Assembly: GCF_025753855.1 (NCBI RefSeq)
Contig: NZ_JAOWPT010000004.1
Coordinates: forward strand, 167,871-231,870
Direction of reading: 5' to 3'
Length of the DNA: 64,000 nucleotides
Origin: Mesorhizobium sp. ZC-5
GTDB taxonomy: Bacteria; Pseudomonadota; Alphaproteobacteria; Rhizobiales; Rhizobiaceae
The notes beneath the pieces were generated by a model. The model did no database searches and had not been told where the DNA came from. It worked only from the letters and a program-made list of their open reading frames with translations. Positions 35,579-44,347 of this stretch are shown here, one piece after another. Positions within the stretch are counted from its first letter, which is position 1; the number at the start of each line of letters is the position of its first letter. A program made the translations under genes and the position numbers.

Positions 35579-36607
35579 ATGCGTGCATTGCAACTCGTCG
35601 AGGACCGCAAGCTCGAGATCGTCGATCTCGCGCCGCCGTCGGCACCCGAACGCGGCGAAGTCACGCTGCGCATCAAGGCGGTGGCGCTGAACCACATCGA
35701 TGTCTGGGGCTGGCGCGGCATGGCCTTCGCCAAGCGCAAGATGCCGCTGGTCATCGGCGCCGAGGCCTCCGGCGAGGTCGATGCCGTCGGCCCGGGCGTC
35801 TCTAACCTGCTGCCCGGCCAACTGGTTTCCATCTACGGCGCCCGCACCTGCGGGCTGTGCCGTCCCTGCCGCGAAGGTCGCGACAATCTCTGCGAACATG
35901 TTTCGGGCGTGCACGGCTTCCATCTGGACGGTTTTGCCCAGGAGAAGATCAATCTCCCGGCAAGATTGCTGGTCCCTGCCCCACCCGGTGTCAGCGATAT
36001 CGCGGCGGCTGTCGCCCCGGTCACCTTCGGCACTGTCGAGCACATGCTGTTCGACAATGCGAAATTGCAGCCCGGCGAGACGATCCTCGTGCATGCCGGC
36101 GGTTCCGGCATCGGCTCGGCGGCGATCCAGCTTGCCAAGCGCATGGGCTGCACCGTCATCACAACGGTCGGTTCGGATGCCAAGATCGAGAAGGCCAAGG
36201 CGCTTGGCGCCGACCATGTCATCAACTACCGCGAGGACCGCTTCGAGGGCGTGGTGCGCAAGCTGACGAGAAAAAAGGGCGTCGACGTCGTATTCGAGCA
36301 TGTCGGCGCGGATACCTGGGCCGGCTCCATGCTTTGCATGAAGCGTGGCGGGCGCCTGGTCACCTGCGGTTCGACATCCGGCGTCTCGACTCAGATGAAC
36401 CTGATGCAGCTCTTCCAGCAGCAGTTGAAGATCCTCGGCTCGTTCGGCTGCCGCATGGAGAACATGGCCGACGCCATGCAGAAGATGGCGGCAGGCATCG
36501 TCAGCCCGGTGATCGACACCGAAACGGGTTTCGACGACATCGACACGGCGCTGAAACGCATGGAAGGCCGCGACGTCTTCGGCAAGATCATCCTGCGGGT
36601 GAACTGA
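35579..36607 (+). CDS. Zinc-binding alcohol dehydrogenase / MDR-family oxidoreductase of the acpXL cluster
   Basis: Start at MRALQLVED. GroES-like and Rossmann motifs (GGSGIGSAAIQLAK). Confidence 0.8.
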   Translation: MRALQLVEDRKLEIVDLAPPSAPERGEVTLRIKAVALNHIDVWGWRGMAFAKRKMPLVIGAEASGEVDAVGPGVSNLLPGQLVSIYGARTCGLCRPCREGRDNLCEHVSGVHGFHLDGFAQEKINLPARLLVPAPPGVSDIAAAVAPVTFGTVEHMLFDNAKLQPGETILVHAGGSGIGSAAIQLAKRMGCTVITTVGSDAKIEKAKALGADHVINYREDRFEGVVRKLTRKKGVDVVFEHVGADTWAGSMLCMKRGGRLVTCGSTSGVSTQMNLMQLFQQQLKILGSFGCRMENMADAMQKMAAGIVSPVIDTETGFDDIDTALKRMEGRDVFGKIILRVN

Positions 36608-36667
36608 CGCCATGATCCCGAAGCGCGGGACTCGGTCTTCGGACTCGATCACGGTTGGCAAGAACTG

Positions 36668-37624
36668 ATGCGGCCAATCATCGCGAAATTGCTGCAAGGC
36701 CTGAAACAGCTGAATTACTGGCTGGTCGCCCAGCTGGCGCTGGCCGTGCTGACCGTGCTGCGCCTGCTGCCGCCGGACAAGGCTCTGAACTTCGCCGACC
36801 GCGCGGCCCGGAAAGTCGGCCCGTGGATCGGTCGCCATCGGGTCGCTCTCGACAATCTCAGGAAAGCCTATCCCGAGAAGACCGAGGCCGAGATCGAAGC
36901 GATCGCGCTCGACATGTGGGGCAACATGGCCCGGCTCGGTGCTGAATACATCTTTCTCGACCAACTGTTCGATTACGTGCCGGATGTACGCACCGATGGC
37001 CGAATCGAGGTTTCCGGCAAGGAAACATTCCTCAAGCTGGCAGCCGAAAAAGACCGGCCGCACATTATCTTCACTGGCCATCTCGGCAATTTCGAGCTGC
37101 TCCCGGTGGCGGGCGCGGCCTTCGGGCTCGCCGTCACCGCGATGTTTCGCCCGCCGAACAATCCCTACATCGCCGAATATGTGTTCTCGACGCGGCAGTC
37201 GAAGATGGGCGGGCTGCTGGCCTCGCGCGCCGGCGCAGCCTTCGCGCTGGCCCGCATCCTCGAGGCCGGCGGCAATATCGGCGTGCTGGTCGACCAGAAG
37301 TTCCAGTACGGCATCCGGACGCAATTTTTCGGTCGCGAATGCGAAACGAGCCCCTTGGTGCCGAAACTCGCCAAGCAATATGACTGCGACGTTTACCCGG
37401 CCCGCTGCATTAGATTGCCTGGCAACAGGTTCCGGTTGATTCTTCAGGAAAGACTCGAATTGCCCCGCACCGGTGACGGCCAGGTCGACGTGGCCGCGAC
37501 CGCGCAGGTTCTGACCGATATTGTTGAAGGATGGGTGCGCGAAGATCCGGGGCAGTGGATGTGGTTCCACAAGCGCTGGAACATCACTCCGCCGAAGCCG
37601 AATCGCGCCAAACGCGCCGCTTAG
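36668..37624 (+). CDS. lpxXL: Lipid A biosynthesis very-long-chain acyltransferase (HtrB/MsbB family)
   Basis: 318 aa LpxL-family protein (...IFTGHLGNFELL...), last gene of the cluster. Confidence 0.8.
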   Translation: MRPIIAKLLQGLKQLNYWLVAQLALAVLTVLRLLPPDKALNFADRAARKVGPWIGRHRVALDNLRKAYPEKTEAEIEAIALDMWGNMARLGAEYIFLDQLFDYVPDVRTDGRIEVSGKETFLKLAAEKDRPHIIFTGHLGNFELLPVAGAAFGLAVTAMFRPPNNPYIAEYVFSTRQSKMGGLLASRAGAAFALARILEAGGNIGVLVDQKFQYGIRTQFFGRECETSPLVPKLAKQYDCDVYPARCIRLPGNRFRLILQERLELPRTGDGQVDVAATAQVLTDIVEGWVREDPGQWMWFHKRWNITPPKPNRAKRAA

Positions 37625-37627
37625 CCG

Positions 37628-38566
37628 TTAGCCGCCGTAGTAGTTCATCACGGCGTGGCGGGCTTCCGCAAAGAACAGCCAGCGTTCGGCCAGCATGCCG
37701 ATGATGTGCGAAATGACCGCAAGCGTCATTGCCAGTATAGCCGCCAGTCCCCCACCTGCACCTGCCACCGTCGTGACCAGCAGCATGAAAACCAGCGCGG
37801 CGGGCAGCAGGCCGCCAAGCAGCAGCGCAAGCCGCCGCAGCTTCACGGCGTGCTTGCGCGCGATGCGGAAACCCATTTCGCGCGTCAGGTAGTTTTCGGT
37901 CATATGCGGACGTTCAAAGAGCCGGACACGACCGATATTTCCGAGACCGGTGGCGGTTTCAGGCGTCGATAGCGGGACAAGCCCATCCATGTTGCGGCGC
38001 CAGGCAATCTTCACCACCCAGGCGGCAATGGTGAAAAGCAGCGCCAGCAGCAGCAGGAAAAGCCCCGAGTTTCTTCCAGCCATGGCAAAGAAGGCGCCCA
38101 GCAGCGAACCGCCTGCCGCGGCGAAGAGCAAGTAGCAAAGCGGCGTGAGCGGCGTGTGCCAGGCCTGCACGGATTTGAGCGAGGCGTAGATCATCGCCGT
38201 GCAGTAGACGGTGACCCCGGCCAGCACGGTTCCGAGCAGCCCCGGCAGCACCAGGTACCGGCTTTCGATCACCGATGCCCAGGCCGACCACAGAAGCGGC
38301 AGGAAGGTGAGGATCGCCATCACGCCTTCGCGTGACAGCCAACTCGACCGCCATTGGCTCAGCGCCCGCCAGGCGCGCTGCGGATTGCCGAGATGCAGCG
38401 TCGACGAGAGCAGACCGATCGCGATCATCAGCAGCGCCAGAACATGCGCGACCTTGGTCAAGGTGAGCGACGGGTCGAGCAGCCCAAGCCCCAATATCGC
38501 GGCAAGGCCGTAGCCGAGGCCGGAAAGCGTGGTGAAGACGATGATCGAAGGCGCCGGATGCATCAA
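37628..38566 (-). CDS. NrfD/DmsC-type membrane anchor subunit of a molybdopterin oxidoreductase (SoeC-like)
   Basis: 312 aa polytopic membrane protein. A 4-nt ATGA overlap with the upstream FeS-subunit gene. Confidence 0.65.
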   Translation of the reverse strand: MMHPAPSIIVFTTLSGLGYGLAAILGLGLLDPSLTLTKVAHVLALLMIAIGLLSSTLHLGNPQRAWRALSQWRSSWLSREGVMAILTFLPLLWSAWASVIESRYLVLPGLLGTVLAGVTVYCTAMIYASLKSVQAWHTPLTPLCYLLFAAAGGSLLGAFFAMAGRNSGLFLLLLALLFTIAAWVVKIAWRRNMDGLVPLSTPETATGLGNIGRVRLFERPHMTENYLTREMGFRIARKHAVKLRRLALLLGGLLPAALVFMLLVTTVAGAGGGLAAILAMTLAVISHIIGMLAERWLFFAEARHAVMNYYGG

Positions 38567-39330
38567 ATCCGCTCCAGAACGCCATCGAGCCAGGCAAAGA
38601 AGCCTTTCGCGCCGTCGGTGTTTTCCGCCAGCGGCATCAAGGGCGCACCGGCTGCGAGGCTCTTGCGCGGCCGCGGCGGCAGATATTTGTTGACCGGCCG
38701 CGTCCCCTGCTCCGGCATCAGGTCCATGCCGCCGCGCTCCATTGTCATGATCGAGACGGCCGATTGGGGATCGGAAAAATCACCGAAATGGCGGGCGTTG
38801 GCGGGGCAGGTACGCACGCAGGCGGGCTGGCGGTCCGCCTCCTCCATCGTCTCGTTGTAGATGCGGTCGATGCACAGCGTGCATTTCTTCATGACGCCGG
38901 CCGCCAGGTCCATCTCGCGCGCGCCATAAGGACAGGCCCAGGCACACAGTCCGCAGCCGATGCACATGTCCTCGTCGACGAGTACGATGCCGTCTTCGGC
39001 CCGCTTGTAGGAGGCGCCGGTCGGGCAGACGGTGACGCAGGGCGCGTCCTCGCAGTGCAGGCAGGATTTCGGGAAGTGTACGATCCGCGCCTCACCCGCC
39101 TCGCCGACGATCTCGCCGCCCTCGGGCACCACTTCGAAAGTGTGGACACGGTTCAGCCAGGCGCCGGAAACGTCCGCGCCATAGGGGGCCTGGTCGGACA
39201 GCGCCGAACCGTAACCACCGGTGTTCCATTCCTTGCAATTGACGACGCAGGCGTGGCAGCCGACGCAGACATCGAGATCGATGACAAGGCCGAGCTTTTT
39301 CGGCGTCGGCAACGCGGGAAGCAAGGTCAT
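38563..39330 (-). CDS. Four-cluster [4Fe-4S] ferredoxin-type electron-transfer subunit (DmsB/SoeB-like)
   Basis: Start at MTLLPALP (RBS ggagtggg). Four Cys clusters (CVGCHAC, CLHCEDAPC, CIGCGLCAWAC, CTLCIDR...C). No Tat signal. Confidence 0.7.
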   Translation of the reverse strand: MTLLPALPTPKKLGLVIDLDVCVGCHACVVNCKEWNTGGYGSALSDQAPYGADVSGAWLNRVHTFEVVPEGGEIVGEAGEARIVHFPKSCLHCEDAPCVTVCPTGASYKRAEDGIVLVDEDMCIGCGLCAWACPYGAREMDLAAGVMKKCTLCIDRIYNETMEEADRQPACVRTCPANARHFGDFSDPQSAVSIMTMERGGMDLMPEQGTRPVNKYLPPRPRKSLAAGAPLMPLAENTDGAKGFFAWLDGVLERI

Positions 39331-42176
39331 TTCGCCCACTCCTGCCCGTACCGCAGTTGCTCGACCTCGACATGCGTTCTGCCGGGTTCGGCAACCGTCG
39401 CAAAATGCGGCTCACTGATTTCCGCCGGTTCCGCCTTCTCGATGCGCACGCGCAGATCATACCAGGCCGCCTGCCCGGTGACCGGATCGGAGTTCGACCA
39501 CCGCAGGCCATCGCCTTTCGGTGGTAGAAGTTCATGAATCAAGTGGTTCATCAGGAAGCCTTTTCTGGCTTCCGGCGCATCCTGGTCAAGGGCCCAGGCA
39601 CCCTTGCGCTTGCCGATCGCATTCCAGGTCCAGATGGTGTCGCGGTTGACTGCGTCGCTGCGTGCGATCTCGACCTTGATACGGCCGTGGTGGGAGATCA
39701 CCCAGATCCAGTCGCCGTCGGCGAGCCCCATCTCGTCGCAGATCGGACCCGGCACATAGAGGGGGTTGCGGGTGTGAATCTGCCTGAGCCAGGCATTCAT
39801 CGAACCCCAGGAATGGTACATCGCCGCCGGCCGCTGGGTGATCGCGTGATATGGAAATTTTTCGCGGTCGACCGCGGCTTCCTCGAATGGCCGATACCAG
39901 TCCGGCAGCGGCGAAAACGTGTCGAGGATGCGCTGCCGATGGGTCTCGGGAGCTTTCGGCTCGCGCACGCCCTCGGCCGAAAGCCGGAACTTCTGCAGCG
40001 ATTCCTGGTAAAGCTGGAAGGTCACCGGCTTCGGCTGGTCGAAGAAGCCCATTTTTACGGCGAAGTCCTGGTACGCCTTGTTGGCGTGCTTGAAGAACTG
40101 CGCCTCCATCGGAATGTGGGCGGAGAAAAAAGAGCCGTTCTCGATGTAGCGCTTCAACTGATCCGGATTGGCAGCACCCCTGCCCGTCCGGTCGCCGTTG
40201 ACGCCGCGAAAACCAGCCAGCGGCCCGATGCCCGGCCGCCGCTCGTGGCGAACGATATAGTCGGCGTAGTCCTTGTAGAGCGCCTTGCCCCGCTGATCGA
40301 CGAAACCGTTGAGCTTCAGCCGCGCGGCGAGATCGAGCAGCACGGTCTGGAAACCGCGCACATCGCGGTCCGGTTCGATCACCGGCCAGCGGATGGCATC
40401 CTGTACCGCGTCCGGCTCGGAAATCGGCCGGTCGAGCAGCGAAATGCAATCATGGCGCTCCAGGTAGGTGGTATCGGGCAGCACGAGGTCGGCATAAGCG
40501 ACCGTTTCCGAGGCATAGGCGTCGGAATAGATGATTTTCGGGATCTTGTAATCGCCTGTGGCGGGATCCTTGTCCTCCAGCATCCTGATGACGCCGGCGG
40601 TGTTCATCGACGAGTTCCACGCCATGTTGGCCATGTAGAGGAACAGCACGTCGACCGGGTAAGGATCGCCGGCATGCGCATTGGCGATGACCATGTGCAT
40701 GGCGCCGTGCACGGCAAACGGCGCATCCCAGGAAAATGCCTTGTCGATGCGGTTCGGGCGGCCCTCGGCGTCGATCAGCATATCTTCCGGGCCGCGCGGA
40801 AAGCCGAGATGCGGGCCGGAAAGCGGCTTGTTCGAGCCGAAATGCTCGGCGCGGCCATGCGGCGTCGGATGCGCCTCGACCGGCTTCGGATAGGGCGGCT
40901 CGAAGCGGAAGGCGCCGGGACAATCGACCGCGCCGATCAGCACCTGCAACATGTGCAGCGCGCGCGCCGTCTGGAAACCGTTGGAATGCGCCGAGAGCCC
41001 GCGCATCGCGTGGAAGGACACCGGGCGGCCGATATAACTTTCATGCCGCTCACCATGCATATCGGTCCAGGGTTGATCGATGCTGATCGTTTCCTCGAAG
41101 GCGACGCGGGCAATCTCCGCGGCAAGCCCGCGAATGATTTCCGGCGCGATGCCGGTCTCCCCGGAAACAGCCTCCGGTGCGTATTGCGGGTCGAGATATT
41201 TTTCGGCGAGCAACTGGAACGACGGCACGGCAAAGCGCCCGTCGTCGAGTTGGAAGCGGCCGGACAGCGCCGGCCGGGCGCCCCTGGTGCCTTCCGCAAC
41301 CGGTCGCTCCGTAACCGTCTCGAAGATCAACGGCTTGCCGTCGGCATCGCGGGCGAACAAGCCATGCTCAGCCGTACCCGGCGCGTCGATGACCAGCCAC
41401 GGGGCGTTCGAATAGCGCACCAGATAGTCGACGTCGATCTTCCGAGCCTTCAGCAATTCGTGCACGACGGCGAGAATCAGCAACCCGTCCGTGCCGGGCC
41501 GGATACCTATCCAGTTGTCGGCGACCGCGGAGTAGCCGGTGCGCACCGGATTGACCGAGATGAAGCGCGCGCCGTTCTTCTTGACCTTGGCGATGCCCAT
41601 CTTGAGTGGGTTGGAATCATGGTCTTCGGCAACCCCGAACATGACGAACAGCCTGGTCCGGTCCCAGTCGGGCGCGCCGAACTCCCAGAAGGCGCCACCA
41701 ATGGTCATGATGCCCGCCGCCGCCATGTTGACCGAGCAGAAGCCGCCATGCGCGGCATAGTTGGGCGTGCCATATTGCTGCGCCCAGAAACCGGTGAGCG
41801 ACTGCGACTGGTCGCGGCCGGTGAAGAACGCAAGTTTCTTCGGATCGCTCTCCCGGACCCGCCCGAGCCAGTCGGCGGCCAGCGTCAGCGCCTCGTCCCA
41901 GGAGATTTCCTTGAATTCGCCGGATCCGCGCGGCCCGGTCCTGAGCAGCGGCGCACGCAGCCGCGCCGGCGCGTAATGCTGCATGATGCCTGCCGATCCC
42001 TTGGCGCAGAGCACGCCCTTGTTGACCGGGTGGTCGCGATTGCCCTCGATGTAGCGGATCTTGCCGTCCTTGATGTGGACGTTGATGCCGCAGCGGCAGG
42101 CGCACATGTAGCATGTGGTCTTGCGGACTTCGTCGGCTACCGGCTTCGACAGCGCGACTCGCAAAGTGGACTTCAT
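39327..42176 (-). CDS. Molybdopterin-dependent oxidoreductase catalytic subunit with an N-terminal 4Fe-4S motif and no Tat signal (SoeA-like sulfite dehydrogenase candidate)
   Basis: 949 aa. CYMCACRCG...LCAKG is a C-x2-C-x3-C-x-C cluster. MGD-binding regions. The N-terminus MKSTLRVALSKPVADEVRK lacks RRxFLK. Confidence 0.7.
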   Translation of the reverse strand: MKSTLRVALSKPVADEVRKTTCYMCACRCGINVHIKDGKIRYIEGNRDHPVNKGVLCAKGSAGIMQHYAPARLRAPLLRTGPRGSGEFKEISWDEALTLAADWLGRVRESDPKKLAFFTGRDQSQSLTGFWAQQYGTPNYAAHGGFCSVNMAAAGIMTIGGAFWEFGAPDWDRTRLFVMFGVAEDHDSNPLKMGIAKVKKNGARFISVNPVRTGYSAVADNWIGIRPGTDGLLILAVVHELLKARKIDVDYLVRYSNAPWLVIDAPGTAEHGLFARDADGKPLIFETVTERPVAEGTRGARPALSGRFQLDDGRFAVPSFQLLAEKYLDPQYAPEAVSGETGIAPEIIRGLAAEIARVAFEETISIDQPWTDMHGERHESYIGRPVSFHAMRGLSAHSNGFQTARALHMLQVLIGAVDCPGAFRFEPPYPKPVEAHPTPHGRAEHFGSNKPLSGPHLGFPRGPEDMLIDAEGRPNRIDKAFSWDAPFAVHGAMHMVIANAHAGDPYPVDVLFLYMANMAWNSSMNTAGVIRMLEDKDPATGDYKIPKIIYSDAYASETVAYADLVLPDTTYLERHDCISLLDRPISEPDAVQDAIRWPVIEPDRDVRGFQTVLLDLAARLKLNGFVDQRGKALYKDYADYIVRHERRPGIGPLAGFRGVNGDRTGRGAANPDQLKRYIENGSFFSAHIPMEAQFFKHANKAYQDFAVKMGFFDQPKPVTFQLYQESLQKFRLSAEGVREPKAPETHRQRILDTFSPLPDWYRPFEEAAVDREKFPYHAITQRPAAMYHSWGSMNAWLRQIHTRNPLYVPGPICDEMGLADGDWIWVISHHGRIKVEIARSDAVNRDTIWTWNAIGKRKGAWALDQDAPEARKGFLMNHLIHELLPPKGDGLRWSNSDPVTGQAAWYDLRVRIEKAEPAEISEPHFATVAEPGRTHVEVEQLRYGQEWAK

Positions 42177-42214
42177 CGGCGGGCTCCCTGAGCCCCCTGT
42201 CCTATAGGCCGGTC

Positions 42215-42258
42215 GAAAGAAAGAAAATGGGGACGGGCGTCCTTTCAGGGCGCCCTGT
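42215..42258 (-). terminator. Rho-independent terminator of the L,D-transpeptidase gene
   Basis: Minus-strand read: gggcgccctgaaaggacgccc hairpin followed by ccattttctttctttc. Confidence 0.4.
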
Positions 42259-42312
42259 CTAAAATTTGTATATACTTATCCGCCCCAGCGAACGTACTGG
42301 CGCGCCAACCGG

Positions 42313-42744
42313 TCAGTTGACGACGACGATCCGCGTGTTGCCGGGACCGACCTGCTTCACCAGCGAGTAGAAGCGGGCTGCATTGGCTGTCGCCAGGCGC
42401 ACGCAGCCATGCGAAGCCGGACGGCCGAGCTGCTTGACGTAGCCGGTGCCGTGGATGGCATAGCCGCCACGGAAAAACACCGAATACGGCATCGGCGACA
42501 TGTCGTATTTGCGCGAATACCACATCTTGTGAAGTCGGGTCGGCCTGTAGTTGCCGCGCGGGGTCACATACCCCTTTCGCGCCGTCGAAACCCGCCAGGT
42601 GTGGATGACCCGTCCCTGCTTGCTGACGGTCATCGTCTGGTTGCCGACATCGATGCGGGCAACAAGCCCTGCCGCCCAACCTTGTGAAGTGACGCCAAGC
42701 AGCATCGCTGCAAACGCCATTGCCATGAGAAATTTCTTCTTCAT
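42313..42744 (-). CDS. L,D-transpeptidase (YkuD domain) with a signal peptide
   Basis: MKKKFLMAMAFAAMLLGVTSQGWA signal peptide. Catalytic HGCVRL motif. Confidence 0.75.
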   Translation of the reverse strand: MKKKFLMAMAFAAMLLGVTSQGWAAGLVARIDVGNQTMTVSKQGRVIHTWRVSTARKGYVTPRGNYRPTRLHKMWYSRKYDMSPMPYSVFFRGGYAIHGTGYVKQLGRPASHGCVRLATANAARFYSLVKQVGPGNTRIVVVN

Positions 42745-42952
42745 GCGACCCAACCCCTATTCTGCCCGATTTAAATCTAAGTTCACTTTTCTGAATGGCA
42801 GGTGAACGAGATTACACGAGTTTCTTAAAAATTTCTTGATTCCAACCCTCGGCTGCTGAACACTTCCTTGTGAATGCTGCGGGCTTACCCGCTGAGACTG
42901 GCCCAACCGAGCCACCTTGCCAAACAGCGCCCTTCCCTGCTCAATTTGCCGG

Positions 42953-44233
42953 ATGAACGAAAGACTGAGCAAGACAATCGACGACCGCGTCGAAGACCTC
43001 GTGGCGCTGACGGCCGATCTGATCCGCTTTCCAACCGTCAATCCGCCGGGCGAAGCCTATACGCCTTGCGCCGAGTACATCGCGGCGCGGCTGAAGAAGC
43101 GGCGTTTCGAAACCCAGTTCATCCGCGGCGAAGGCACGCCCGGCGACAACGACCGCTACCCGCGCGTCAATGTGGTCGCCCGTTTCGACGGCAGGAGCAG
43201 CGGCGCGACCGTACATTTCAACTCGCATATCGACGTGGTGGAGGCCGGTGTGGGCTGGAGCGTCGATCCGTTTGCCGGCGTGGTGAAGGACGGCAAGGTT
43301 TATGGCCGCGGCGCCTGCGACATGAAAGGCGGACTGGCGGCCTCGATCATCGCAGCAGAAGCCTTCATGGACACCTATCCGGATTTTCCCGGCGCGATCG
43401 AGATTTCCGGCACCGTCGACGAGGAATCGGGCGGGTTCGGCGGCGTCGCCTACCTGGCCCGGCAAGGCTTTTTCTCGAAGCCCCGCGTCGACCATGTGAT
43501 CATTCCGGAACCGCTCAACAAGGACCGCATCTGCCTCGGCCATCGCGGGGTCTGGTGGGCGGAGATCGAGACCAAGGGCGAGATCGCGCATGGTTCGATG
43601 CCGTTCCTCGGCGATTGCGCGGTACGGCACATGGGTGCCGTCCTGCATGCCTTCGAAGACGAGTTGTATCCCGCGCTCGACCGCAAGCAGACGAAAATGC
43701 CGGTCGTTCCGGAAGGTGCCAAGCGCTCGACCATGAATATCAACTCGGTTCACGGCGGCCAGACCGACGACTTCCGGCCGGGTCTGCCCTCTCCCAACGT
43801 TCCCGACTGGTGCCGCCTGACCATCGACCGTCGTTTCCTGCTCGAGGAAAACCTGGACGACGTGAAGGGCGAGGTGACGGCGATCCTCGATCGGCTCAAA
43901 CGCGAGCGGCCGAAATTCGACTACGAAATCCGCGACCTGATGGAGGTTCTCCCGCTGATGACCGAGCGCGACGCGCCGGTGGTCACCGCCGTCGCGCAAG
44001 GCATAAGGGAGATTTTCGGCAAGGAACCGGACTACGTCATCTCGCCCGGCACCTACGACCAGAAGCACATCTCCCGCATCGGCCATCTGCACGACTGCAT
44101 CGCCTATGGCCCCGGCATACTCGACCTAGCCCACCGTCCGGACGAATGGGTCGGCATCGCCGACATGGTCGAATCGGCAAAGGTGATGGCGATCGGGCTG
44201 GACGTGCTGTTGCGCGGCGTGCGCCACAACTGA
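42953..44233 (+). CDS. M20-family metallopeptidase (ArgE/DapE/dipeptidase-like)
   Basis: Metal ligands HIDVV ... GACDMKGG ... EESGG. 426 aa. Directly upstream of the peptide ABC importer. Confidence 0.75.
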   Translation: MNERLSKTIDDRVEDLVALTADLIRFPTVNPPGEAYTPCAEYIAARLKKRRFETQFIRGEGTPGDNDRYPRVNVVARFDGRSSGATVHFNSHIDVVEAGVGWSVDPFAGVVKDGKVYGRGACDMKGGLAASIIAAEAFMDTYPDFPGAIEISGTVDEESGGFGGVAYLARQGFFSKPRVDHVIIPEPLNKDRICLGHRGVWWAEIETKGEIAHGSMPFLGDCAVRHMGAVLHAFEDELYPALDRKQTKMPVVPEGAKRSTMNINSVHGGQTDDFRPGLPSPNVPDWCRLTIDRRFLLEENLDDVKGEVTAILDRLKRERPKFDYEIRDLMEVLPLMTERDAPVVTAVAQGIREIFGKEPDYVISPGTYDQKHISRIGHLHDCIAYGPGILDLAHRPDEWVGIADMVESAKVMAIGLDVLLRGVRHN

Positions 44234-44347
44234 AGCTGTTGGGAAAAGATTTCCCGCGCGAACACCGCACTGCAACAAACTTTGATTTACTCTCGCTAAA
44301 ATTCAGGCTTCAATCGCCGCGGCTTCATTCTTCGGGAGAGAAAACCA

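Noticed and set aside
35567-37570. 667-aa minus-strand ORF and the 885-aa plus-strand ORF at 39534..42191
   Set aside because: They are antisense to the adh/lpxXL genes and to the Mo-enzyme catalytic gene respectively. The sense-strand genes have clear catalytic motifs, so the shadows were discarded.
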